Shown: positions 1 to 13,465, counted from the first letter of the stretch. The stretch: 64,000 nt of DNA from Octopus sinensis (GCF_006345805.1 NC_042999.1:163928001-163992000); one strand, 5' to 3'. The notes: a model not told the origin generated them from the sequence alone. Numbers and translations: made by a program.

Positions 1-658
1 ATGATAGAGCTGCACAATATATTCACTGGGTAATTTGCAAAAAAACTGGACCTACCCCATGGTAAATACTGGCGGGAACACAAACCACTTCCATTGCTTG
101 AAAATGATCACATCTCACTGCTCTGGAACTTCACCATTCAAACTGACAGAAAGATAGATGCAAATAGGCCAGACCTTATATTGAAAGACTTCAGACAAAA
201 ATCATACCTCCTCATTGATATCACTGTCCCAATCGACGTAAAAGTATCTGTCAAGGCCGACCAAAAACTGAGCAAGTATAAAGATCTTGAAACAGAAATT
301 AGGAAAATGTGGAAACCTGTTGTCATAGTTGCCCTAGGAATGATAGCAAAAGGGGCTGATTGCTACCTAGCTCAGATACCAGGAAACCCGAAAATGACAG
401 AAATTCAAAAGATAGTGGTCATGGGAATTGCCCATATCCTACGTAAAATACTGAGTATGTAATCTTAAATTTTAAAACAAACTCATAATTTTCTTATGGT
501 TTCTTAAACATTTTCTAGAACAAAACTATGTACAAAACCAAATATATGGCACCCTAGGCATAACACCAACATAATCTTCTAACTTGTTCTATCTTGAGGT
601 CTCTGGGTGAGAATTGGAACCAACTTGTACAAATGCAAAGCAAAAGTAAAACATAAAA
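1..658 (+). mobile_element. 3' end of an R4/Dong-clade non-LTR retrotransposon: restriction-like endonuclease (RLE) domain plus 3'UTR, decayed
   Basis: Reads DRAAQYIHWVICKK, then a frameshift in an A-run at ~40-46, then LDLPHGKYWREHKP..LENDHISLLWNFTIQTD..I.ANRPDLIL.D...LIDITVP..KYKDLETEI..MW..ALG..HILRKILSM* (stop 462). This is the PD..D RLE motif set typical of R4/Dong. The 3'UTR ends directly in (TAA)n. Confidence 0.85.
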
Positions 659-700
659 TAATAATAATAATAATAATAACAACAACAACAACAACAACAG
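659..700 (+). repeat. (TAA)n(CAA)n microsatellite, probable Dong target site
   Basis: Direct reading; abuts the 3' end of the RLE element. Confidence 0.9.
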
Positions 701-879
701 CATCTATTGCCGCTACAAAAAAAAAACAGGAGCCAAAATGAAGAATAAGGCTCCCCAAAAAGCACATGAACAGCCGCGCTTTTGCGCATAAAGAAGGAAA
801 GTTGAGCGCTTCCGGTGAGAATTATTGATCTTAGACCAACTTTCCAAAGGAAATAATGCAAGCTCCAGAATATCTAAAA

Positions 880-1260
880 AGATTATCGGATAAATATGAA
901 TGAAGTCCTGAGAGCAAAAGAGATCGTTCGCAGATATGAAAAGAGAAACAAGTTTTACGGACAAACTAAGATATTTAAAGCTGATACTAGGAAATTCTAC
1001 AGTTAATTGGGGAAACAATCGATCGAAGTAAAAGACCCACCTGATATGAAGGAAGTAGCGACATCTTGGTAAAGCATATGAAGTTATAGGATTAACGAGG
1101 AAGCTGAATGGTTAGGGAGAGAAGAATAAAGAATGGCTGAGAACAGGAATGGGAGGACATTACTGCAGAAACTAACTCGAGTCCTATCTTAAGCACATAA
1201 GTGGAAGTCTTTGAAACACTTCCAGTGATATGACAAAAATTTCTGAGAGCTACCACGAGT
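880..1260 (+). pseudogene. Decayed R4/Dong-like fragment (region just upstream of the RT domain)
   Basis: Manual translation across stops and frameshifts gives RYEKRNKFYGQTKIFKADTRKFYS*LGKQSIEVKDPPDMKEVATSW, INEEAEWL, QEWEDITAE and AHKWKS. These match the pre-RT pattern of this clade (RRYEKR..Q...F....KFY..L / W.DIT / HKWKSPG). Confidence 0.65.
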
Positions 1261-1789
1261 TCAACGTTTCTAGATTGCGACATTGGCAATATATTTTTGT
1301 TACTAACTACATTTTATAAATTTCGACTCTCACTAGATTTGTTTACATCAAAAGTGTATTTCTTTGTGCTTTTCTTTCTTTTTTCGTTTATTTTCCGGTT
1401 TAAATGTTTATGTCTACATTTGTAATTGTGTCTGCTTGTTTAATTGTCACCATTTCTCTCAATGTCATTATTTTTCACAATGTGCGATTTCATTTGCTCA
1501 ATTTTCAAATAATGATTGTTTCTGAAGTTTTTGAAACATCTCTTCCTGCTATCCGGCAATTCTATGTTGTTTTGAAAGTGGATGAAAGTTTACGAAATAA
1601 ACTATACAAAAGTATGAAATTATCTGCAACATCTCATTTTTCCCACCTCAAGGCAATCGGAGACACTTACAATCTCTCAAGGTTAGTAATTAAACGAAGA
1701 AAAGAAAATGTAAAAGAAATTTGCATGAAGTAAAATTTGTTAGTATACCAATAATTTGAGGAGACCCACCAGACACGTCTGCCGATTAA

Positions 1790-1792
<3 letters not shown>

Positions 1793-1848
<56 letters not shown>

Positions 1849-1888
1849 GCAGCAGCAGCAGCAGCAGTAGCAGCGGCAGCAGCAACAA
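1793..1888 (+). repeat. (CAA)n(CAG)n compound trinucleotide repeat
   Basis: Direct reading; source of the poly-L and poly-T artefact ORFs. Confidence 0.95.
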
Positions 1889-1889
1889 C

Positions 1890-3355
1890 ACTATTTCTTT
1901 TATACTTTAACAGAGTTAAAGAGACACATACAATATTTCATTCACCGCATGCAGTTCTCAGGTTACAGCCATAAAGAAAGGATCAGAGTAAACAAGGGAG
2001 CCATTAAGAAATTTGATAATATATTATGTAATGATAGGAATGGTATTTGCCCACTCTATAGGAACAAGTCATGGAACACTATAGAAAGGACAAAAAAGAA
2101 AATAGGGAAGGCCAACTCTTGGTATGATAGCCATAAATACCAGAGTGTCATGTTCGTTGACACCACCCCTGGAGGTGAACTAGCGTATCGCTTTAGAAGG
2201 ACCCTAGACAAACTTAAGCTAAGAATTAAGGTTGTTGAAAAGCCAGGCAACCCTATCAAATCTACAATTGGTAGAACCTATCCTTTTAGTAGAACCCCCT
2301 GTACGGATAAGTACTGTACTGTATGTAGAATTAGCCCACAAACAAACTGTAAAGCCAGAAATGTAGTCTATAGTATAAGATGTATAGAGGGACGATGCAG
2401 TAACAAGACAACGACATACGTAGGGGAAACGGCAAGAAGCATGGGAGAGCGGGTAAATGAGCATTGGAGACAACTCAAGGAAGGTAAAAGCTCATCGATT
2501 CTGTACCAACACGCCGAACAAGAACGCGGGGGATCAATCAATAACATAGAAATTAAAATATTATCCACACATAGATCAGATGCAACAATTAGACAAATTA
2601 CAGAAGCTACACACATAATAGAAAATAAACCTAGCCTGAATAGAAAACTAGAATGGAGCACTAACACACACCACAACATATGACGATAGAGGATCAGAAA
2701 ACATAATAAATACACAGATAAATAAATAAACTAATAGAAATAAATAACTATATATATATATATATATATATGTATATGTATATGTATATATATAAATATA
2801 TATATGTTGTTATACATACATACATACATACAAGCATATGTAATGATAATAATGGGTGGATGTAAACACATGAACAAAAAAGAATAAACAAAAACAACAA
2901 AAACAAAAAACAAAAAACAAAATACAAAATACAAATTACATGAACATATAAAATTACAAATTACATGAACATATATAAACAGAAGATACAAATATTACAG
3001 GCATCCCCCACATACACACTAAATAAACATAAACGCACATAGAGATATAAGCATGCGCAAATGAAGACATACAATAGAAATACAAAATGGCTGACGGTTT
3101 GTAGGGAGAGACACAAATAAGTAAGAAGAAAACAAAGGACCACTGATGCGGTCACAGGAGTGTGACGAAAGAACTCTGGCCGAAATAAGATTAAGATTAA
3201 TGTAAAAAATAAATAACACTGAAGCAAAATAACACCAAATATATAGTGCGTTTTTTTTTATTGGCTAAACTGGCAAAATGACCATTCCGAAATATAACAA
3301 TATCTGTTTCAACACACGACTTCACATAAAAAATCTTGCACAACAAATATTAAAC
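1890..3355 (+). mobile_element. Penelope-like element A, 5'-truncated: thumb, Cys-rich linker, GIY-YIG endonuclease and 3'UTR/pLTR (Nematis/Neptune-like, clade uncertain)
   Basis: ORF 1949-2683 has MQFSGY..., SVMFVDTTPGGEL, IKVVEKPG, CxxxxCxxC linker, NVVYSIRC..YVGETAR..ER..EH (GIY-YIG), RQITEA and LNRKLEW. The 3'UTR carries an HHR-like motif and ends in (TA)n. Confidence 0.9.
3137..3181 (+). ncRNA. Minimal type-I hammerhead-like motif, variant core CUGAUGCG (PLE-A pLTR, copy 1)
   Basis: GGACCA-CUGAUGCG-GUCAC(AGGAGU)GUGAC-GAAA-GAAC-UC-UGGCC. Stem I GGACCA/UGGCC has one bulge; stem II is 5 bp; stem III is AGAACU. Confidence 0.55.
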
Positions 3356-3445
<90 letters not shown>

Positions 3446-3748
3446 GTATATGTATATACATGCATACATACATACAGATACATACGTAATACAAACGTAC
3501 ATATATATATATATAATATATAAATATATACTCGCTACACTGACCAGGTTAGTAAGGATTTACAACTGTTATACACAACACTAAATTCAATTTTCATTAA
3601 CAAATCCGACAATAAAAAACACACACCAAATGAAACACACCAGGACATCATACGCACTCAAATCAACCCAGCAAAAAGAAAAATAGGAAACATTTGGAAT
3701 ACAAACCTGCACAATAGAAAACTCGCCTTCTGGAACATGATAAAAATT

Positions 3749-3988
3749 CCAACACGCCGAACAAGAACACGGGGGATCAATCAATAACATAGAAATTAAA
3801 ATATTATCCACACATAGACCAGATGCAACAATTAGACAAATTACAGAAGCTACATACATAATAGAAAATAAACCTAGCCTGAATAGAAAACTAGAATGGA
3901 GCACTAACACACACCACAACATATGACGATAGAGGATCCTGAAAACATAATAAATATACAGACAAACAAATAAACTAATAGCAATAAA

Positions 3989-4046
<58 letters not shown>

Positions 4047-4580
4047 GTATGTATATGTATATGTATATATATGTATATATATGTATATATATATGTTGTT
4101 ATACATACATACATACATACATACAAGTATATGTAATGATAATAATGGGTGGATGTAAACACATGAACAAAATAAGAATAAACAAAAACAACAAAAACAA
4201 AAAAACAAAATACAAAATACAAATTACATGAACATATAAAATTACAAATTACATGAACATATATAAACAGAAGATACAAATATTACAGGCATCCCCCACA
4301 TACACACTAAATAAACATAAACGCACATAGAGATATAAGCATGCGCAAATGAAGACATACAATAGAAATACAAAATGGCTGACGGTTTGTAGGGAGAGAC
4401 ACAAATAAGTAAGAAGAAAACAAAGGACCACTGATGCGGTCACAGGAGTGCGACGAAAGAACTCTGGCCGAAGTAAGATTAAGATTAATGTAAAAAATAA
4501 ATAAATAACACTGAAGCAAAATAACGCCAAATATATAGTGCGTGTGTTTTTATTGGCTAAACTGGCAAAATGACCATTCC
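3749..4580 (+). repeat. Direct duplicate of the PLE-A 3' tail (2506-3290) inserted inside the PLE-B ORF
   Basis: Near-identical sequence from CCAACACGCCGAACAAG to AAAATGACCATTCCGA in both places. PLE-B coding sequence flanks both sides. Confidence 0.9.
4425..4469 (+). ncRNA. Hammerhead-like motif, PLE-A pLTR copy 2 (one stem II mismatch)
   Basis: Same as 3137-3181 except GCGAC replaces GUGAC. Confidence 0.45.
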
Positions 4581-7500
4581 GAGGGATAGATGAACTCAAC
4601 ACCAATTGTCCTCCCACGCAAATTCCAGATAAAAATAATTCCCAGCGAGCCTGACGGACAGATAACTATTAGGGAAAAGTCAGCTCTATCCAATTTAAGA
4701 TCAGAAATAGAACTACTAAAACTTAGGGCCTCCACAAATGAGGAAAAATATAAAAGCATCGACGAGGAGATGCACAATGAAATACAAAAACATACCGAGG
4801 GACAACCCCTCGAAAATACATTAGATCATTGGAAGGATACCTGTGAAAAAGAAGAGAGAAATTCTCTCCTGCGCTGGGAAAAAAGCAACGATTTCTTCCA
4901 AAGATATGCGTCAATCTTCAAAAATGAATTGGGTACAGATAATCCCTTTCTTAAGAAAATTACAAAAAATAAAAAAGAAAAACCGAACAACCCACAAACC
5001 ACCCCCAACTATCCTCCATACATTAGAAACAGAAATCACCCACAACCAACATTTTCGAACCACGCAAGACTTAACAGGGAACAAACTGACAGACAACGAG
5101 TCTATGAAATAGATTACACCAAAAACAGAACACACCAACAATATCCTAATACCAGACCCAACCACCACATAACAGCACAAAACAACACTAGAATAAGAAA
5201 TACACCACACACAAGCCGCTACTACCCCATGAACCAAAATTACTGGGCCCCGCCGAACACAAGACAAACGCAAAAACACTAAGTCAAGCAACATCCCACA
5301 TACAAGCAATTCGAAACAAAAATATTTCACATACAGAAATTTTACACACACCACAAACGAAAACAACCATAGATTCACACACACACAACAATCGGAGGCA
5401 ACAATACCACCGTTCCCCCGAACCAATATCACACAACCTCACAGACAACTCATACAAACAAAATTACACCCAACATTTTTTAGCCCGGAACCAGAGACAC
5501 CAGGACACAGGCTGGAACCTAGTAATAAGGAAAAACCGAAGATAATCAACCTTTCAACCAAACCTCTCTCTAACATAAAAATTGACATCCTCTCAAAAGG
5601 GCTCAAATTTACGCCAACTCCGCGCAGTGCCAACCTAAATGAAATCAAGGATAATATAACAGAATTTTGCAAAAATTAAGACTAGCAGAAGCATCAACCA
5701 GTTTCAATACTGAAGATGAATCACTAGTCAAGAACAAAAGTGACCACATCCCCCACAGAGGGAGAAATAAAGATCTTGACGAATTCTGCAGCCACATTGA
5801 GAACTTTCCCTACCATACTATACATAAACAGAGAGTTAACTCAAATTTTAACACTACACAATGGAAGGAACTGATAGAACTTCAAAATGATGAAGATATA
5901 ACCATTAAGGAAGCAGACAAGGGAAATGCAGTTGTAATAATGGATACATTATATTATAGAAATCTTGTAATTTCCTTGCTTGATGACAATCAACATTATG
6001 AAAAAATCACCAACTACACCCCGCAAAAAATAATGAAAACTCTATCTTCACTAATTAAAACCCATGAAAAGGAACTAACAGCCAAAGAGATTGACTTTCT
6101 AACAAACTTTAAATGCAAGCCTAGCCTCTTCTATGGTCTGTCAAAAATTCATAAAAGCCAAATTATAAATGAAACCATTAAAATATCACCAAAGACATAC
6201 ATACACACACCTAACCCGGGGGACCTAAAACTACGACTCATTGTAGCTGGCCCAACCTGTGAAACACACAGATTAAGTCTATTTATGGACATCCTCGTGA
6301 AACCCTTCCTTAAACATATCGATAGCCATATCAGAAATGACTTGGATATGTTAAACCACCTTCCAAAAAAAGCCAAGGAAGAAACAATCATGGTTTCATT
6401 TGATGTAGTTAATTTATATACCAGTATACCTCATAATTATGGACTAGAGGCAATACAGTTCTGGCTGGACCAATTTCCGGCAGAAATACCAAAAAGGATC
6501 AGTAAAGAATTCATTACTAAATCGGTTGAATTCATCCTACATAATAACCACTTCATGCTTGACAATACATTTTACCGTAAAAAATCCGGAATTGCTATGG
6601 GTACAAGGGGAGCACCAGTCATTGCGAACCTAACAATGGGCTACCTGGAAATAATTATTTACCAGGAATCTTTATCAACCTTTGGAAACCCCTCTCTCAA
6701 TACATAAAAGAGAATTGGAAACGATTCCTGGACAATTGTTTTATACTCTGGAATGAAAACACAGATAAACTCCTAAAATTCAAAAACCTATTGAACAGCA
6801 TCAACTCAAATATACAGTTCACAATGGAATACAACCAAAAGGAGCTCCCATTCTTAGATATACTAATTTAAAAAATTAACCTTAAAATAGAAACAGACAT
6901 TTTTTACAAAGTCACAGACGTCAAACAATACCTACTTTTTGATTCATGCCACCCACGACACACTAAAACAAACATCCCTTTCAACCTTGCAACAAGGATA
7001 TGCACAATAGTGTCAGAACAAAATACCAGGAACTTTAGACTACAAGAACTAAAAAACACCCTAATTGACAGACACTACCCACCTCAACTCATAGAGGATG
7101 GGATCAGACGTACAACAGAAATCGACATAGAAACTTTGAGAAAAGTTCAACACAACAACACACCTTCCCCGAAAATACTGCCTTACATATCCACATACAA
7201 CCCCAGAAACAAAGAAGCCTTCACCATCATCGCCCAAAATTTACCAATACTTCATAAGGACCCCAAATTGAAGGAAATTCTAAACATACATAAAATCATT
7301 AAAAGCTACAAACAACCTAAATCACTTAAAAAGATTCTCACAAAGGCAAAATTGCTTTCTGAAATTACGGATGCAAAAGTAAAGAAATGTGGTAGACCAA
7401 ACTGTGCAACATTCCCAAACCTTCTAGAAGGATCAGAATTCCTCTTCAAAGAGGGACAAAAATTCAAGATCAAATCTAATTTTACTTGTGCCTCTGAAAA

Positions 7501-7931
7501 CATAATTTATGTCATAAGATGCTCAGGCTGCCACCAAAACTACGTGGGGTCCACGGGACTATCACTCAGACGTAGATGCACACTGCATCGACAACAGATT
7601 GCATTCCCAGAATACAGAATGATACCCTTTAGTGAGCATATTGAGAAATGCGCAAAGCAACTACAACCATAATTTTTAATCTTTCCATTTTATCAATGTG
7701 CTATCGGAACACCAACACAAATTAGACTAAACAAGGAAACATTCTTCATTGAAAAATATAAGCCCAAACTTAACCACTCTAACATTCTTATACAGAGAAA
7801 CTCACCCAATTAAAAAAAAAAGGCAAAAAATATTAAGCGATTATCTCCCTTACACCGGAAGAAATCACTTATAACCTACCCTTAGCTGGAACTCTTCTTT
7901 ACACTTCTTAACGAACGAAATCATAACAATG

Positions 7932-7980
7932 TTTTGAGAAATTTGAAAAGTTAAACACGAAACCGGTAATTTCTTCAAAA
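7932..7980 (+). ncRNA. Minimal type-I hammerhead ribozyme with U3-A8 core variant in the PLE-B 3'UTR
   Basis: UUUUGAGAAAU-UUGAAAA-GU(UAAAC)AC-GAAA-CCGG-UA-AUUUCU(U)CAAAA. Stem I is 11 bp with one bulge, stem III is the palindrome ACCGGU, and the predicted cut is after A7968. Stem II is only 2 bp. Confidence 0.7.
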
Positions 7981-8089
7981 ACTATGTCACTGTATGAAAA
8001 AAATTTATAACATTCTTCTGACATAATGACTCAAATACATATTTTTTAAACTTTTAAAACAAGCCTTCTGTAGTTTATATATATATATA

Positions 8090-10615
8090 TATATATCAAT
8101 CTTTGTATCCTCTTCCTAACCCAAGTTTAAAACAGTTTCAAGAAGACCTGTGGCCTATTGTTAAGAATGTTAAATTCCATTCCCCACTCTTGAGAAATAT
8201 ACATCTAAAATATCTACATAATATTATCAAAGAGATAAACAGCACGGAAGGCCTCCTTGCTCAATCGGATAAAACTGGTAGCCTATATCACTTAAACAAG
8301 GATTTTTACCTAAAACTACTCAGGAAGGAAATGCAAAAAGTTACAAGACTACTAATAAAAACGCTATCAGAAAGGCAAATCTAGAGACTAAGAAAATTAT
8401 GGCAAAATATAACTTCTAAATGAAAACTGAGCCTTTAAATTCAAAGCAACCTAGTTTTGTTTTAAGGGATCACAAACCTAACTTCTTCAATAACCCAACT
8501 CTCCGTCTTATCTACCCTTCTAGTTCGGATATCGATATATTTAGCAAAAGTATTCTTGAAAAGAACATTCCTTCGTTAACGAAAATACTTAAACTTAATT
8601 TACGGTCTAACTCCATCTGGATTGTAGACAGGTTCAACTCGGTAATAAATCGGTAATAAACTAAGCACTAAATTTATCCAGTTCGATATATGCAACTATT
8701 ATTCCTCATCCCATCATCCTTAATAAAGCCCTATTGTTCGTGCATAATAAAGCTGGCCTCAGTCTTGATTAAATTAATGTTGTTCTAGCAGCTAGAAAAT
8801 CTATCATCCAGTTCGATAACAAACTTTGGATTCGTAAAGATCGACCCGACAACTTTGATATCTCTATGGGTAGTAACGACTCCGCTCAAATATCTGATTT
8901 GGTCGATATTTATATTCTATTAGAAATGGCTGACCAATTCCCATATACACTCGGAGGTTTATATCGCGATGACTACCTCCTTTACATCCAAAATATCTCT
9001 AATCAAAAACTACAAAAAGTTAAACGCAATCTAGTCAAATTCTTTAGTAATATGGGCCTAAGTCTTACCTTCGATGATGATAGAGCTAAGGTTAACTTCC
9101 TTGATCTTACTCTCAACTTAAATACAGTCTTGTGTTTCCCATACCATAAACCTTCAACCAGTCTGAAATACATCAGCATTTTTAGCAACCACCCTACCAA
9201 TATAACAAAAAATTTGGTTAAAAACATATCACTTAGAATCTCTAAATTATCCGCCAATGAAACCATTTTCAATAATAACGCTGATTTCTATAATTCAGTT
9301 TTATATAAAGCAGGATATAAGGAACAAATTAAATATTATAACCATCTTGCCCCTAACTCTTCCTCCATTTAGATGACAGCAATTACGCTATTGATAATAA
9401 TATTGATAATAATAATAACAATAATGATAATATTATTTATAGTAATAGATACAAAAACAACAAAAATACTCCCATTGTTCTTCCCGTAGTCAATAATCCG
9501 AATAATATTCCATTTCATCAAAATATCCATAATCCTTGTCTTCGTAATTTTAAAAACAGTCAAAAGGAAGTAACTATACTTCCACATTCTATTCCCGTTT
9601 TTGTTTTAAAAAAATATTAGAGTTTTTTAAAATAATAAATCTCTCCATAAATCGCGTAATCCTAGTAAAAATATCTGGTTCCATACGGAAAACAAGTTAA
9701 AAGTAACCTTCCCCACCTATTTCGTCATGCTATTGAAAGGAACTTACCCATTAATTCCAGGTACCAATCAATTTTCAACACGCGCCATATCAGAATTGGC
9801 TTCTCCAATACCAGTAATCTCCTGCAGATTATATCATCACATGACAACTAAATTCTTCAAGCTAATAGAGTCTCTCTTAATAACTGTAATAACGTTAATA
9901 TTATTGACAATAATATTAACGATAATCTCTGCTTGAATAATAATATCAATGATATTAGATCTTGCAACTGCGGCCCGAATAAAACTTGCGTTCTCAATGG
10001 AAGTTGCAGTATTGAGAATGCTGTTTCTCAATGTAAAATTACCTCTGGATCTAAGGAATTCTTTTATATAGGATTATCTTCTACGGAGTTGAAATGTCGT
10101 ATAGCGAACCATCTTTCAACTTTCAAATGCAGTCATAAGCGTAATTCTAGAGGACATTAACAAACTTTTTTCTTTAGAAAGGAAAATTGTATCCAGATCA
10201 TTCCCCCATGACAAGGGGAACACTTTTTGTCCTCTCTGTAGGGACGAGCAAATATCTATCCTCTTTTCTAAACATAAACTGGTAAACACCTTTAATGAAC
10301 GAGTCTACAGGAGTTTACATAAAAAAAAACTATTTTGCTTTTTTTAAATAATATCTTCCCCTCACCTAATAATAATTTCTGCAACTTACCTTTATTCTTT
10401 ATTCTTACTTCCCATAAGCCACATTCTTCCCTTCGTCTTTTATTTCCATCTGTCTTCTATTCTCTTTTTACTCGTTCCTCCCTTTCTACTTGAACATTGT
10501 TCTTTCATTCCATCTTTCTTCCTCTGTACACTTTCTTCTTCCCTCGCTCTATGGCGTCTGTTTCCTCAACAGCATTTTCAAATTTCTAGCGTCCCCTTCA
10601 CAACTTCACTTTCCA
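8090..10615 (+). mobile_element. Penelope-like element C, Naiad-like, decayed
   Basis: FQEDL..IVKNVKF, AQSDKTGSLY, MGSNDSAQISDLV, GLYRDD, VNFLDLTLNL, YHKP..SNHP, KNIWF, IISSH, SCNCGPNKTCVLNGSCSIEN, YIGLSSTELK.RI.NH.STF and FCPLC..E..HKLVN..H. This motif order is characteristic of Naiad PLEs. Many frameshifts. Confidence 0.8.
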
Positions 10616-10949
10616 TACATGCATATGCGTGTATGTTTGTAGGTGTTCCTGTCTGTATATGCATGTATGCATATGTTTATGTATGTGTGTATGTATGTAT
10701 GTATGTATGTATGTATGTATGTATGTATGTATATATATACATATATATCATATATATATATATATATATATATATGTTTATGCATGTATATATATACTTG
10801 TGCGTGTATGTGTGTGTACATGTGTATACACGTATATGCATTATATGTATATATATATATAATATATATATATAATATATAATATATATATATATATATA
10901 CATACATACAGACAGACATACATACATATATACATATATATATATATGC

Positions 10950-11150
10950 GTATTAGAATTTCTTATATCTGTTAAAATGTTTATTTGATGAGCACTGTTG
11001 TTTATATCCTCCCTGATAAGATTGATGCATTGCTCAACATAATTCATCCAGTCTGGTGTATTTTGAATGCGTCCATCCAAACATATGTCGATAATATGAA
11101 GATAAAATGATTTAATATCATCTTGAGTGTTTGACTCCATTTTCAATTTT
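10950..11150 (-). pseudogene. Possible retroelement ORF fragment (ICLDGRIQNTPDWMNYVEQCINLI)
   Basis: Non-repetitive protein-like stretch between microsatellites; family assignment is only a guess. Confidence 0.25.
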
Positions 11151-11287
11151 TCCTATGTTCTCCTAACTACGTCTCACTTCTTCTCGGAATTAACTCCTAC
11201 GCACCCACACAAGTATGATTAGTGATTTCTGGGACACTTAAGTGATATTTGGTTACCTTGTAATTATTTCCCTGGATCTTCCCTGTA

Positions 11288-11375
<88 letters not shown>

Positions 11376-11960
11376 TAGGAAAGATCCAGATTGCCAGGTT
11401 GCTCGATAATAGGTGGGCCATTAGAATCCATATGTAAGGGTCCTTGTTAGCATCTGAGGGGCTCATGCCCTCAAGTTTGAGAATTTTTATTTATTCACCC
11501 CTGAAAGAATGCATTAATTATTTCAGCCTGTGTTTGTAGACAGTTGAAAAGAAAACTTTAAAAAAAGTTAAGTGATAGCATTGTAGTTGCGGCTGAGCCC
11601 CTTTGTAATTTGTTGCGTGTGGGCCTCCTTGTAGTCGCGGGTTGGCCCCCTTAGTCTCCTGGCAACCAATATTTTTAGACACAGCCCGCTACACACACAC
11701 ACACACACAACACACACACACACACACATATAATATATATATATATATATAATTAATATATATATATATATATATATATACAGGGTGTCCCCTTTCGGGT
11801 AAACTGAAGTTCGTTCTAAACATCCCTTGAAGAAGAGGAAGAAGAAAGTAGTGAGAAAGATAGAGTAAGGAAGAATCTAGTGACAGTGAAGAAGAGGAAG
11901 AGGAAAGAGGTCCCCTCGTAACGATATAATATATACACATACACACGTCCATACATACTT

Positions 11961-11988
11961 TTCTATCTATCTATCTATCTACCTATTT

Positions 11989-12054
<66 letters not shown>

Positions 12055-12055
12055 T

Positions 12056-12115
<60 letters not shown>

Positions 12116-12127
12116 CCTGTCTATCTG

Positions 12128-12184
<57 letters not shown>

Positions 12185-12186
12185 AT
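11961..12186 (+). repeat. (TATC)n tetranucleotide array
   Basis: Direct reading. Confidence 0.95.
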
Positions 12187-12499
12187 ATTTAATAGCTCTG
12201 TCTTTATGAGCGTATTTGTGTATATGTAGATATGTATACACGTGGCCATTTAAAGCATATATGACATATGTGTTGTATAGGTGTGCGCGTGTGTACAAGA
12301 TTACACTCATACTTTCGAGGCTATCATTTATTATCTTCAAATACAAAGATTCACATACAAACATATATAACATCATCATACACTCACACACGCACATGGG
12401 TGTGTGGGAGTGTGCATCTGTGTATGAGCATATATTTGTATATATAGAATAGAAAGAAACACACACACATATATACATATATAAAGATATACGTATATG

Positions 12500-12550
<51 letters not shown>

Positions 12551-13031
12551 ATTTATATGCATGTATGTATTATACGTACAATATTATATATGCGTACCCA
12601 CCTGCATACATACAAAGAAACACACGCGTATATAAAATGTATAAACCATTCAATAAAATAAAGATTGCACATAAAAGCGGAGGGAAACTGTTAACAAATT
12701 CCACACAGACCTAAAGAAGGCAGCTATTGTTCTCACTTCACTGGTGTTTGATTTCTGTTGCTTTGTAGCAATTGAATAACATTGGAACGAGAGAGAAACA
12801 ATACTAAAAATAATAGCAAATCTAACGAGACGCTGAACATGCACTTACGTTATTGAAAATATCGCTATTCATAGAGGAAGTTAAATTAATTGCATCTTCG
12901 CATATTCCACGATTAATGCCTATTTCAAATCCACATCTCACAGAAATGGAGTAGAAAGATATAAATATACACTTTTACACATACATCCTCATAAGTATAT
13001 ATAATACAAATGTACGAATGTTTATATATAT

Positions 13032-13123
<92 letters not shown>

Positions 13124-13465
13124 ATATATTATATATATATATGTATGTGTGTGTGTATGTATCTATATATTTGTATATATATATATGTATATATATACAT
13201 ATATACATCTATACACATACATATAAATATATATGTATGTATATATAATATATGTATAATTAAATATATATACATATGTGTGTGTGTGTGTGGTGTGTGT
13301 TTGTGTATAATATATACATATATAAAAATTAATTTAGCACAACTTGGTTCCCTTTGCGGTCTCAAATTTTTGTATATATATTATATGCTTATATATTTGT
13401 CAACATCTGAAGCATTGTTTCGTAGAATACATTACACACGCGCACACACACACACACGCACGCAC

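Larger units (their letters stand above)
3540..8075 (+). mobile_element. Penelope-like element B, near full length, inactivated (Neptune-like RT plus GIY-YIG); interrupted at 3749-4580
   Basis: N-terminus RKLAFWNMIK (3720-3745) resumes as MNSTPIVLPRKF (4590). It continues with IINLS..KGLKFTPTP, IKEADKGNAVVIM, FYGLSKIHKS, SFDVVNLYT, GIAMGTRGAP and RFLDNCF (catalytic DD read as DN at 6731-6736), then SCHPRH, the CGRPNCATF linker, IIYVIRCSGC..YVGST and KYKPKLN. The natural stop is at 7813. There are several stops and frameshifts. Confidence 0.93.

Noticed and set aside
1404-1733. 109-aa hydrophobic ORF
   Set aside because: No recognisable motif or splice signals; AT-rich chance ORF.
4590-5282. 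230-aa ORF as a stand-alone gene
   Set aside because: It is the N-terminal part of the broken PLE-B ORF.
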